From positions 55,738,001 through 55,802,000 of the forward strand of contig CM060732.1 of assembly GCA_030704615.1 (NCBI GenBank): DNA of 64,000 bases, written 5' to 3'. The translations under genes and the position numbers were made by a program. This document shows positions 15,401 through 26,264 of this stretch, piece by piece. The DNA is from Takakia lepidozioides (lineage: Eukaryota > Plantae > Bryophyta). Numbering within the stretch: position 1 is the first letter of the stretch; each line of letters begins with the position of its first letter. A model generated the notes under the pieces. It did not search any database. It was given only the letters and a program-made list of their open reading frames with translations, and had not been told where the DNA came from.

Positions 15401-18400
15401 CCACCGCTCTGCCATTTTGCAGCTTCTTGATTGCCTTACTGACATTGGCTGTAGTAAAGAGAGAGAAGTGAAGGGGTTTAGAGGTTATAGGAGAAGGAGT
15501 TTGGGTTGGGGAATGGTACAAAGACTGTGCATACTCATGCCAGACATGAATGTCAGTGATTGGGGGGGGGATCTCTATGAGGTTTAAGGAGGGACCAAAA
15601 AGATCGAGGAGAAAATCTGATTTTAGCAAGGAAAGAAGATTGCAACTTGATAGTGTAGGCTTGCTTTTTGGATCTAATGAGGGACTTATAGTGCTTCAGA
15701 GCAAGATTAGTGGACTCTGGAGAAGAATTGGTATCAAGTAGTAAAAATTTGATGCGACGTCTAGCAGTCTTGCATTCCTCATCATAAAATGGTGCGTAAC
15801 GACGAGTGGAGAAGGGTGAGGAGGTAGATGGAAGGGTGACGGGAAAGGATCGCAGGGCTGAGTCCCAAAGGGCTTGAGTAAGATGTGTAGCCTTGTCGTT
15901 AGGAGATGATAGATGTAGAATGGAAGGGAGGGTTGACGCTAGGTATGTTTCATACTCGGCGTCGTGTAAGTGAGAGAAAGGGGTATTAAAGTGGATACGT
16001 GGGTGTAAGGGAAGAGATGCAGAGGGGATCCTCATGGGGAGGGAGATGGAAGGAAATGCAAAGGAAAGGCAAGAGTGATCAGAATCCGGGTACCTCGCGA
16101 TGTAAAAGGAGCTTATTCTATCAGGCTTGTTGGGGCTCCCCAAGAGATAGTCAACCACGCTTTGGCCCTTGTACGTGTGGCAAGTGAACTGGCTGGAGGA
16201 TTTGAAGTTGGTTGTTCCATTGTAAATGGACAGCCCCTGAGTTTCACAAAACTTGAGTAGATGGTGACCATAACTTGTGATTTCGCAAGAGGAATCTGCA
16301 CTTTGCCTCTCCAATTCCGTATGCGAGCGTTGGATGTGTAGAGGATCTGTGTGGTCGAAGGTAGGGGCCTGTAGTGATCCTGTACGGGCGTTGAAATCTC
16401 CAACCAAGAAAATGTCCGTTTGTGGGGTACAGAGACGGGCCATATCGTCTTCCAATGGAACATATGGTGAATCTGTTCGAATATGTAGGCCGCTGTGCGG
16501 AGATGCAGCCGGAGCAAAATAACATCCCGCCAGCAGGATGTTGTAGCCTTTGATTGAAGAGAACTTATGGAACTACCTGTCAGGAGAACTTGGAAGCTAC
16601 CCACTCTCACAACAAAACTCCATTTCTATTGGGAGCCATTCTTGGTTCTCCGTGATGATAGAATCTTGCCAATTACCTTTCGGTGCCTTTATCTCCTTCC
16701 CTCCTGAGGGCATTGGGGCGGTTCAGGGTGGGCTCCCACAATCTACGGATAGAGACTGGTAGATGGGAAAACCTGCAACGGGAGGACTGCCTATGCCCAG
16801 CTTGCACAGGGCGCAACCAGGAAACTGAAACTGAAGAACACTTTTTCTTTTATTGCCCTCTGTATTATGAGATCCGTGGGAGATTCCACTGTCTATTCCA
16901 TGGAACTCAATCTCTCACAGAAGTCTTCCATTATGAGGATCAGAAATGCTTGGCAGCTTATTGCACAAGGCCTTGACCCTTGGGCAATCCCTTAAGCAGT
17001 AGTTGCTTTTGGGCTGCTTTTTGGCTCTGGTTTTGTCTCCTCTCTCTTGTTTTTTCCATTTTGTCCCATGAGCTCTTTGAGCTTTCCGCGGACATTAACA
17101 AGTACCATTTCATTTCATTTCATTTCTTGGCAATGTCCATGAGATAATTTGGTTGCCCCCTATTCCTATTTTTGGAAAGTTGTTAGAGTGCCTGCTGTGG
17201 CCTCAAGAAAAAGATATTTGAAAAATTCCAAGGAACTAAAATTGTACGAAGAATTGTTTGCAAGGACAAGTCAATGTAAGATGAAGCCATACGTAATCCT
17301 TTGTCAGTGCTTTACGAACTACAATCCATTTTAATCTTGTGCAGGGCATCAATGTTTTCCGTTTTGCAAATCGTATACCACTTTTATTTGAACAAGGAGG
17401 AGACGTGGTTACACGCACAGCCATGAAGCGCATCAAGTAAGCTTCTTCACAGTTTCTCTACTCTCTCAAAAGTAGGTGGCAATGTATGTACTGGGGTGGA
17501 CTGAAGGTCTTCATATTCATGCAGCTGGGTCAGCTATAAAATAAATCAAGCGCAAGACAAGATTGGCGTGTTTGTGAGCATTGTGAGCACGAAAATTCCA
17601 TTCAAGGGCACTGGCAAAGAGTATATTGGTGACGATATATCTGAAATTTCTTCAGCTGTGAAGGTATATACTGATGACATTCCCAAGTAGGTGAAAGGCT
17701 GATAAGGTAAGCGCAGAGCAATTAACTAGGATTCATATGTTGAAATGTAGTTGAAATTGGGGAACACGAGAATTTCTCACAATGTAGCTGAAATTGCTTC
17801 AGCTGTGAACGTCATTACTCATGACTTTTTCCCAAGTAGGTGAAGGTTGACAAGGTAGTGCGGAAGAATTAACTTGGATTCATGTGTTGAAGAAATTGTA
17901 GTTGAAATTGGGGAACATGAGAACTTTTTGCAAGACACCAACTTTATTGTTTGTGATCTCTCTCTCCTCTTGTCCCACAAGCTCTTTGAGCTTCCCACTG
18001 ATGTTATGGAGTACCATTTCATTTGTCTCTCTCTCTCTCTTAGTTCTTATTCTTGGGTTCTGGATTTGTTCCTCTCTCATGTTTTCTTCCATTTTGTCCC
18101 ATAAGCTCTATGAGCTTTCCTCGGACGTTATAAAGCACCATTTTATTTCATTTCTCTCTCTCTCTCCCTCTCTATGTCCAACGTCAGCCCCTGACAGAGG
18201 TAGGTTCTGTCCCTTTTGTTCCCGCTCAAACTGGGCGCGGGGTCAATGGCCACAAGGCTACGGCAAACAACGTCTTATGAGTACAATCTCTCTCCCTCTC
18301 TATGGCCACAAGGCTATGGCAAACAACATTTTATGAGTACATCTCTCTCTCTCTCGAACAATCGTTGCTTTTGGGGTGCTTGTGGAGGGCCCTCTCGTTT

Positions 18401-20384
18401 TCTTGTTTCTCTTGTCGCATAAGCTCTTTGAGCTTTCCACGGACATTATGAAGTACCAATTCATTTCATTTCTGTCTTGCTCTCTCCCTCTCATCTTTAA
18501 GCTCTTTGAGCTTTCTGCAGACGTTATGAAGTACTATTTCATTTCATTTCTCTTCTTTACAGCAATTTTGGAAAAGAGGTCAGAGGTCCTTCTGTCCCCA
18601 CCTCAAAATTGCCACTGCTGTTCGATGACTTCCATCTGGCACAGTGTTTTTTTTTTTCACTTTTCCAAAACCGCAGGCAGGGCGACATGTAGATTCTACC
18701 CAACGCCCATGTGGCGAGAATAACGAGGTGACAGAGCTAGAAAAGAGGCTATATTACAGGTGTCATATTTTAACAGGTCCACGTAGGACAAATCTGGCTC
18801 CTGGTATTTAACCTTTGGCGCTTTCTGGCGATTTTCTTGATTTTTATTCCCATAATTCCTTAGTAAAAGTAGCTGACCCATTTTCCAGGTCGAAATCTGG
18901 CGATTTTTCGCCAGAAAAAAAACACTGATCTGGCACCTACTGAGATTCTTTAAATCTACTTGTCTTTTTATTGCACAGTCGGCTCTTCAGCAATGCTGTA
19001 TACAGCTGAAGTCTAAGATTGTACGGCAGCAGCAAGCTCGAGATCAGCAACTGCGCAAACGCAACCTTTCTAAGTAAGCTTAGCATGTTTCTTATGCTAA
19101 TGGTTCTTCCCATCATTTCTGCTGGCCACTTGAGGAGGTGTATGTCCGTCTGTTCTCTCTCCTTCTCAAAATCTGAGATGGCGTTGTCTGAGCCTGATGA
19201 CACTGACAATTTTCCAGGTACATACCAGATGTGTCACGGGCCATCTACGATGTGGTAGAGCTTATATCCAGTGACCAGGAAGCAAAGAGGCAGCGCTATG
19301 GTGCAGAGTATACGGATATGCTTGACAAAGTAGCAGGCCGTGAGGTCACTGAGGCCACTTTCAAACAGAAGCTTACTGAGCATGTGCAGCAGGTCTGTGT
19401 TTTCCTCGAGTATTGTGGTGTCTCATTGTTGACAAGAGTAGGATTAGCAGGTTTCTCATGAACTTGATTCAGTCGGACTATATCCCTAGATGCCAACTAC
19501 ACCCTAAGTGTGACCAAGGGTCATATATTGGTACAAGTGGTGGTGGAGTGTCGGTGCTGCTGAAGCAGTCCCGCTTGGCCAGATAGTGCAACAATGTGAG
19601 CAAGATAGTCTTCCCTTTGAACAGACAACCCCTCTACAAGCCAGTTTTTGCCAGTATGTGGAAACTCAGCTCACTACTTTGGCAGCTCTTGTGCACAAAT
19701 AACATCTAATCTGGTCACAGGCCATTGAGTGCTCATTTGAAGGCTGACATTGAGATCACACCAGAAAACATAATAAATTTCAGCAGTATTAATATACCTC
19801 TCAACACTATACATGTAGATGTACTTGGACTGCCAGTCACCCTGTAGGACCAAGTAAACCAAACCATGAGACAGGTAGAGAGAAAGTACTCCTAAGACGT
19901 TGTTTGCCATAGCCTTGTGGCCATAGACCCCGCACCCAGTTTGGGAGGAACAAAAGGGAACAGATATGACATTTGTGAGGGGCTCACTCTGGTAGTGTGA
20001 CTTACCTTGATAGAGACAACAAATAGAAATAGACATAAAGAGAAAGCAATCTATTATCTCTGCTGAGGCCAGAAGGCCTATGGGATGCAGTAGAGAAGGT
20101 CTCATATTTGTTCTCCCTGACAAAGATGTACCTTCGATTGAGATTAGACCCTCCTCGAGATTGTGGAGGTTATGCAGCAGTATTATGTGTTTGTAGTATC
20201 AGAGTTAACTACTGGCTGGGTGATTCAGGTTGACTCTGAGATGGCGCTTGAGTATGCTACACAAAGTGGCATGGTGGACGCTGCTCGAGAGACTGTTTAT
20301 CTGAGGACTTTGGACAGCAACCGTACCTTTGCAATAGAGCTTCATAATCCTGTTTGTGTCTTACGTCTCTTCTCTGGCCTTTAA
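6469..20384 (+). CDS. TOP6B: DNA topoisomerase VI subunit B (19 exons)
   Basis: Exons ~6469-6538, 6826-6878, 7155-7252, 7896-8001, 8742-8879, 9455-9506, 9734-9798, 9985-10091, 10509-10611, 10926-11011, 11259-11455, 11706-11821, 12155-12240, 12694-12766, 17345-17436, 17525-17663, 18979-19073, 19218-19392, 20229-20384. Peptides SPAEFFSENKNIAGFDN, SLYTTVRELVENSLD, DNGKGM, TRGKFGLGAK (GHKL ATPase), RFANRIPLLFEQG, STKIPFKGTGKEYI and EMALEYATQSG match plant TOP6B. Confidence 0.96.
8329..8359 (-). mobile_element. 31-bp tail-only insertion of the RTEX-like LINE with a 17-bp TSD
   Basis: Minus strand reads ...CGTTATAAAGCACCATTTCATTTCATT, the terminus of the LINE ending at 13411. Flanked by AAGATAAAAGCAAGAGA at 8312-8328 and 8360-8376. 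Confidence 0.8.
8393..8495 (-). mobile_element. Short 3'-end copy of the (CATTT)n-tailed LINE family
   Basis: Minus strand reads GCTTGTGGAGGGCC...CCCATAAGCTCTTTAAGCTTTACACGAACGTTATAAAAGTATCATTTTATTTC, next to a (GA)n tract. Confidence 0.7.
12825..13092 (+). mobile_element. Stack of 2-3 short 3'-end copies of the (CATTT)n-tailed LINE family
   Basis: CCCATAAGCTCTTTGAG...GTACCATTTCATT (~12877-12927), TAAAGTATCATTTCATTTCATTTC (~12934-12957) and AAGCTTCCCGCGGACGTTATAAAGTACCATTTC (~13054-13086). Confidence 0.7.
13097..13409 (+). mobile_element. 5' part of a plus-strand, 5'-truncated LINE copy interrupted by the minus-strand copy
   Basis: Peptide MLGARGTTPSHILC..VPLQTEALFRLTIFLKRLQALPPEGLMARALATS is homologous to the minus-strand ORF at ~14276-13958. 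Confidence 0.85.
13411..16668 (-). mobile_element. 5'-truncated non-LTR retrotransposon (APE endonuclease, RT, C-terminal zinc finger), RTEX-like, in TOP6B intron 14
   Basis: Frameshifted ORFs: 16455-15553 (GDFNARTG, VVDY, SDH = APE); 15629-14007 (QAGFR, FVDFHKAFD, GVKQGCPLSP, YADD, YLG = RT); 14010-13597 (LRIETGRW...CPAC...ETEEHFFFYC). The 3' UTR has an AAGCTC-TAC-GAGCTT hairpin and a (CATTT)n tail. The clade is inferred from domain order, not from a tree. Confidence 0.92.
16669..17127 (+). mobile_element. 3' part of the plus-strand LINE copy (zinc finger, 3' UTR, (CATTT)n tail)
   Basis: ORF 16683-16976 is near-identical in peptide to part of 14010-13597. Ends GAGCTCTTTGAGCTTTCCGCGGACATTAACAAGTACCATTTCATTTCATTTCATTTC. 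Confidence 0.88.
17641..17927 (+). repeat. ~145-bp diverged tandem duplication spanning the TOP6B exon 16 end and donor site
   Basis: 17641-17775 aligns with 17788-17927 (CTGAAATT.CTTCAGCTGTGAA...CCCAAGTAGGTGAA...TGTAGTTGAAATTGGGGAACA.GAGAA). Confidence 0.85.
17960..18560 (+). mobile_element. Head-to-tail array of short retro-insertions in TOP6B intron 16: four (CATTT)n-tailed LINE ends and two (CT)n-tailed family-2 copies
   Basis: AAGCTC-N3-GAGCTT...CATTT units end at ~18025, ~18153, ~18472 and ~18550. Family-2 units lie at 18183-18300 and 18300-18355. All are on the same strand and separated by CT-rich tracts. Confidence 0.8.
18642..18927. mobile_element. hAT-type MITE (286 bp)
   Basis: TIRs CAGTGTTTTTTTT / AAAAAAAACACTG and a perfect 8-bp TSD ATCTGGCA at 18634-18641 and 18928-18935. 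Confidence 0.9.
19878..19988 (-). mobile_element. (CT)n-tailed short repeat, family 2 (inverted relative to the copy at 18183)
   Basis: Minus strand CCCTTTTGTTCCTCCCAAACTGGGTGCGGGGTCTATGGCCACAAGGCTATGGCAAACAACGTCTTAGGAGTACTTTCTCTCT matches 18211-18295. Confidence 0.8.
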
Positions 20385-21838
20385 TCAGCAACTCTTTGAA
20401 GCTCCTCCTGTCAAGGAATACTACAAGGCATGTATGAGTTTGTGGTCATGTCTCAACTACAGCAAGCGAGGATTGCATCAAGCAAGAGAACCTGCTGGTG
20501 GGCAGGTCTAGGGCACCCAAATGCTGCCAGACATTAGCTCTGAAGTGGTGTCGACGTTGATGTGGAACGGGGAGAAAGAGTGACCACAATACGTCACAGA
20601 ACAGTGACCCTAGATAACAGATGGAGAGGTTTGACCGGGATGCACTGTTGTATCAAATGAAGTCAGAAGTGCTTGAAAGGTAAATGAGATAAATTGACTC
20701 CTGAAAAATGAAAAGCCGGGGTATGGTGCAAAGGTCCACTTGGCTCTGAAATCTATGGTGACAGTGATCCCCGTGGTTGAATGCTCTTGCTTGTTTATAT
20801 CACAAGTGCAGTCGGGGTGGATGATGATCATTCAAGATAGGTTTGAGCTTGGTGTTCAAATCCTGGGGTCAAGGAGACATTTAAAACAACTTTGTCACAT
20901 GTTTTAGGTGGTTTAGAATGAGTTCCATACCCTCAGTATTGCATTTATCTTGAGTTCAACTCCTCAGTTGGAACTAAGCTGCTAATTAAGGCCCTTGGTT
21001 GTAGATTTCTATGCATTTGTGCATGTTCTTTGAGGAGGGATGTACTTGCCATGTTCATGCATGTGCGATATGCTCTGAACTGCAATTGATGCTCCATAAC
21101 AATCAACATTGGGTAGGGGACAGAGAAGGTTGTTTCCCTTCTTTGTTATCGGAAGGTGTGTTTGTTGATATTTTCCAATGGAGGCCTTGTCAAGTGTTGA
21201 TGTGTTGGAAACTTGAATGGAGTGCTTTTGCAGTGAATGGATTGGACACCCAGAAGTGCCAGTGTTGGCCAGGTTGAGGAATTGGCAAATGCAGTTGAAG
21301 ATGTTGCAGGAGTGCACATACTATTGAGAGGCCCAGATACCTTTCTTTGCCCAATAACAGACATCCTGTAGCACATCTGGTGTATAGAATTGGGGCATGG
21401 TGTGTAAATGTATATGTACGTTGTGAGACAGTGCCACAGTTTCATTGAGTGTGTGTTTGGAGTTGCATGCTTTCATGTGGTGATCGAGATCTTGGTAATG
21501 GTGAAGGGGCTGCCTTCTACATGTCAGGTTGGGGTACATAGCTCAAATGCCGTAGTCACATTGTCGAGTATCGTGCAGCATGCACGCTCTCAGTACGAGA
21601 CCAAGTGCAAGTGCAGGCCAAGCCCCAAATGCTGAAGCTGCCATGGGTCTACAGTGTGCTTATTATAACGGACGAGAGAAGAAGCTCTTGAGCTGGCAAG
21701 AGATGCTCTCTTGATCGTGTGAGCCAGCTTGTGTTGCAGTTTATGACATCGAAGCTTGCGAGCTGTCTTGCAGTACGAACCAGCATTCAATGTATCCCAG
21801 CCACTCAATGCCTGATGCCAGGCCAGGCCGGACAGAAA

Positions 21839-21867
21839 CGAAATGAAATGGTACTTTACGGTACTCT
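21839..21867 (-). mobile_element. 29-bp tail-only insertion of the RTEX-like LINE with an 18-bp TSD
   Basis: Minus strand reads ...GTAAAGTACCATTTCATTTCG. Flanked by GGCCAGGCC(G/A)GACAGAAA at 21821-21838 and 21868-21885. Confidence 0.75.
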
Positions 21868-22069
21868 GGCCAGGCCAGACAGAAAGAAAGAAAGGTAGGC
21901 GCCGACTGAGCCTTTACGTTGTCTTGTAGACAGAGCTCTGCAGATATTTGCTTAACTAACCCTGACACGACTCTGAGCACGAGCAGACATAACTCTTGTT
22001 TACAGGAAAAAAAGAGTTGAATACAACTCTCGAGGCCCCTTCGCCGATTGTGTCTGGTGAACTTTCAAG

Positions 22070-25000
22070 ATGCCGATGGGCACGAACGACAGCTTTCAGT
22101 GAGTTTTGGGGCTAATTCTCATTGTTACATTTGCTACACAGTACTGTTTTGGGTAATATTTTGCAGAGGGCGGCTGCTGGCCAGTGTCTTATAACAGCTT
22201 CTCTTCTGTCTCCCGGCGCGCTGTCCTGGGTCCGACTCTATTGTTGTCTCTCGCCCATTCTCGTTCTCAGGATTGGCTGGAGCTTGGGTGTGTGTGATCT
22301 CTCCAGGACTTTGGAAGCCCTCCCCTTCCGTGGCGTTTGCTGCCTGAAGTGGTCACACTTGTTGGTTCTTCCATCCAGCTCTAGCGTGTGCAGCACACCT
22401 GGTTTGGACACCATGGTACGTCCAGTGCATGCGTGAATTTCTCAGCATGGTCTCTTTTCCATGCGTATCTCTCAAAATTCTTAGCTCGCTGCAGTGGATC
22501 ATCTCGCATCTCCAGAGTCAGCTCGTCAATTGGTTTATGGTACTCGCTAATTGTCTGTTTGTGGGGGTCTGCATGCATCTATCTAGTCCTGGGAGTCTGA
22601 CACAGCTCCTTCCATGTTGCCATTCCACTTCTTGTGAGACGAAATCATCTCCTTGAAAACAAGCTAACTAAATGTCCAAATGATGTATCAATTGGACAGG
22701 ACTTACAACTGGTCGCGGATGAACGTCCCACCCGCAATGCCTGCCAACGCATTACGAATCACGACAATCATGATAGACAGACTTCAGATGATGAACTCGA
22801 GGATGGAGCAGTGGATATTAGAGGGAGACCGGCGAACAAGACAACAACAGGCCGCTGGAAAGCATGCTACCTTCTTATGGGTAGCGTGTCCAGAACGCTT
22901 TTACACTTGTTGCTGTAACTCAAGACCCATTGTCAACTTGAGACAACTCCATATCTTGTGAATTGACTTTCTGAAATCAAAGCAGAAGAAGGACCCATGC
23001 ATGCTTTCAATCAAGCCAGTCCACAATTTGTGTAGATTAGGGACTCTCACTCGAATTTTGGGACAACCCCCCTCAATTGTTGACATGTAACTGGATATGG
23101 TGGGAAGTGATGCACAACACCAGAATGCTATCAATTAATCTCTTGAATAAGTTAAATTTTGAACCACATAATTCGTTGTCCAGAGAGCTCCATGTGAGTC
23201 GAAGTTAGTATCAGGCCCTCTATAATTTGAGTGGCAGAAAGATACTTCACACACATAGGTTGCAATCTGATAGCACTTGCAGCGCACAACGTTGTCTAGC
23301 TCGTAGTATCTACTCTGCTGCCGGTCCATGGGATCATTGCCGGTTTCAGGCAACCATGTAACATTTGTACCTTCAACTGCTTACAGGCTTTGAGGTTTTT
23401 GAGAGATTGGCTTATTTGGGGATTGCATCGAATCTTATCACATACTTGATATCTGTGCTTCATGAGGAATCTGCATCGTCAATTTCGAGCGTATATAACT
23501 GGGCGGGTGCATCATGGATATCTACTTTGCTTGGAGGATTTATTGCAGATACGTACTGGGGCAGCTTCTGGACTATCGCAGTTTTTGCTGGTGTCTATCT
23601 TCTGGTATGCAATGATCTCCAGCCCTCAGAGTTGACTAGACATGTGGATGCTCACCTAGTGTTGTCATAAGGAGGTTTCTGAGCATTGTTGTAGTGCAGG
23701 AAGAAGCAATTTTTGCCAGTTTCGACTTGCCCGAGCTACTGTGACCAGTGTCTGGAATATTGGACATAGCCACATGGTAGCTTAACGTGGTCCATTTTTG
23801 TGTGTCAGGGGCTGCTGCTTCTGACGCTGTCGGTGATACTACCTGGCCTCAAGCCCCCTATGTGTCCCACCTCTGTCAATTGCAAAGCGGCATCAGCAGG
23901 GCAAATGGGCATCTTCTACTCCTCTCTTTATGTAATCACTTTGGGAGTGGGTGGTGTGAAGCCCAACATATCAGCATTCGGGGCATACCAGTTTGACGAG
24001 GAAGACTCGGAGGAAAAGGTGATGAAACGGTCATTCTTCAACTGGTGGTGGTTCTCCGTCAATATCGGCGGGTTGATTGCTTTTACAGGGCTTGTGTACA
24101 TAGAGGACCATGTTGGCTGGGGGTGGGGCTTTGGAATACCCACCGTCGGGTTTGCGATTGCGATGGGCCTCTTCTTCTCCGGTGCCCCGTTGTACCGATT
24201 CAAGCGCGCAGGTGGTAGTCCTCTAACAAGCGTGGCCCAAGTTCTGGTTGCTGCCTTCCGCAAGAGCAATGTAGCTGTCCCCTGTGATCCAAATATGCTC
24301 TATGAAGTGGATCAAAAAGGGAAACGAAATCTTGTTCACACCAACAACCTATTGTAAGTAAGCACTTTCCTTGATTCTCCAGGGATCCGCCTGGTCACAT
24401 CACGCTTCAGCATGTTAAGGCTAAATTCATGGTGTCACTGGTAGTTCCACCGTCAACAGCTTACTAATCAGCACGCTGATCCGGTGATCATGTAATTGAC
24501 TGCAATGACTAGAGCAAAATAAGCCAGTGAGCATGAGCCCGTTGGCACTGAAGCTGTTTCTACTCTATAGTACAACTCGCCTGTGCCAACTGTTGCTAGT
24601 TAGCTAGCTTTGACTCGTGAGCTTTAGCAAGCGTTCAAAGCTCGATTACAGTCAGTAGTACCAGGGGGTTTTACATATCTGAGCCAATTAGCCACGAGAG
24701 AAATCCTCAGGACTGAGAAATTGATTCAACGCCAGTGCGGCAGGCCTGTGAGCTTTGATCTACCACTTCTAGAAAATGTTCTACATATGTTTTTTACTTG
24801 ACTAAAGATAGCTAAATTATCAATAATCCAATCTATCCAGACCAGGACACACCCATTTCTGAACTTGTTACCATCGCAGATTCCTCGACAAAGCAGCAAC
24901 CCCGGTGGCCTGGAACATCGACCACAGAATGGGAACAGCGGACCCCACAGATGAATCACCGAAAATCAATCCATGGAGACTTTGTAGCGTGACACAAGTA

Positions 25001-25807
25001 GAGGAGGTGAAACTCCTCTCTCGGGTGATGCCCATTTGGTTGTCCACATTGGTATTCTTGATTTTGATGGCCCAGATCTCGACTTTCTTTCTAAGACAGG
25101 CAAGCACCTTGGATTTATCAATGGGATCCAGCTTCAAAATTCCGCCTGCCTCCCTTGAAGTGACCCTCACACTAACTATTCTCATCGTCATTCCTATCTA
25201 TGATCGATTCTTCGTTCCGTTGGTACGTCGGTTCACAGGGAATGAAAGGGGCATTTCACTTCTGCAGCGGATTGGAACAGGGCTGGTTATCTCAATCATT
25301 GGAATGGTGATTGCAGCTGTCGTGGAGAGGAAGCGACTCATGGTTATCAGAGACCATGGATTGCTTGACAATCCGGGAGCGACAATTCCTATGAGTGTCT
25401 TCTGGCTGGTCCCACAATATAGTATTTTTGGCCTTGCCCAGGTCTTCACATACATTGGACAGGTTGAGTTCTTCTATGATCAGGCCCCCGATGGCATGCA
25501 GAGCATCGGAACGGCTCTCTTCACATCAAACATAGGGGTGGCCTATTTCTTGAGCACTGCACTCTTAAAGGTTGTCGTCGGTGCATCAAAGCGATGGGGA
25601 CACCAGATCTGGATAATAGATAACCTGAACAGATGCCGCCTGGATAATTTCTACTGGCTCTTGTCAGCAATGAGTGCTTTCAATTTCTGTGTGTTCCTCC
25701 TCGTTGCCCGGTGGTACACTTATAAGAAGGCCGAGAGGAAATTTCAAAGCTACTCTTTTAATTTCAAACTAGACAGAGTGGCTCCAGAGCATCTAATTGC
25801 AGTCTGA
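22070..25807 (+). CDS. NPF: NRT1/PTR family (NPF) transporter, NPF5-like (paralog A)
   Basis: Exons: tentative 22070-22098, then 22606-22880, 23387-23604, 23809-24353, 24880-25807. Motifs TGRWKA, EVFERLAY, GGVKPNIS, FFNWW, WRLCSVTQVEEVK, QRIGTGL, EFFYDQAP. The start exon is uncertain. Confidence 0.92.
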
Positions 25808-26264
25808 AAGATACAGTCCAATGCTGCAATTTTACACTTGAATATTTGTTGCACATGAGAGTCAGTTGATTCACAGGTTGAGTTTTCTACTGGAACCCAC
25901 TTTCTGGAGCGTGTAGGTAAATGATTGTGAGAAGGACAGGGCTACTAACCTCCGGCAGCTCCAACAGTGGCCACCGATCTCTGCACCGCACGTACAGAAT
26001 CAAAGGATGTTGCCTCAAATACAATTGCCCAGGAAAGCTGGTACCTGTCCAATGAACTTGCAATGCTAAGAGGAGGGTTGGGAAAATTGGCTATCTGATC
26101 GTGATCTGGAAACTAAAACACGAGAAGCTAGCGTTTGCTAGGTCGATGAATTCAAAAGCTGCAAAATTTTTGAATTTGTAGTCCACATCAAGGGCTTTCC
26201 AACGTCACCTGCCCCAGTTCCCTAAAAGCGATGCAGCAAAGCAAAATCTCAGGGCAGGTTTTCG

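Noticed and set aside
13097-17127. Twin-priming 5' inversion of a single LINE insertion
   Set aside because: The plus and minus copies overlap in content, differ at many positions and each has its own tail, so they are two insertions.
17960-18560. CRISPR-like repeat-spacer array
   Set aside because: The units are degenerate, irregularly spaced LINE 3' ends in a plant intron, and there are no cas genes.
20400-21800. Possible pseudogene downstream of TOP6B
   Set aside because: Only short ORFs with no recognisable family signature.
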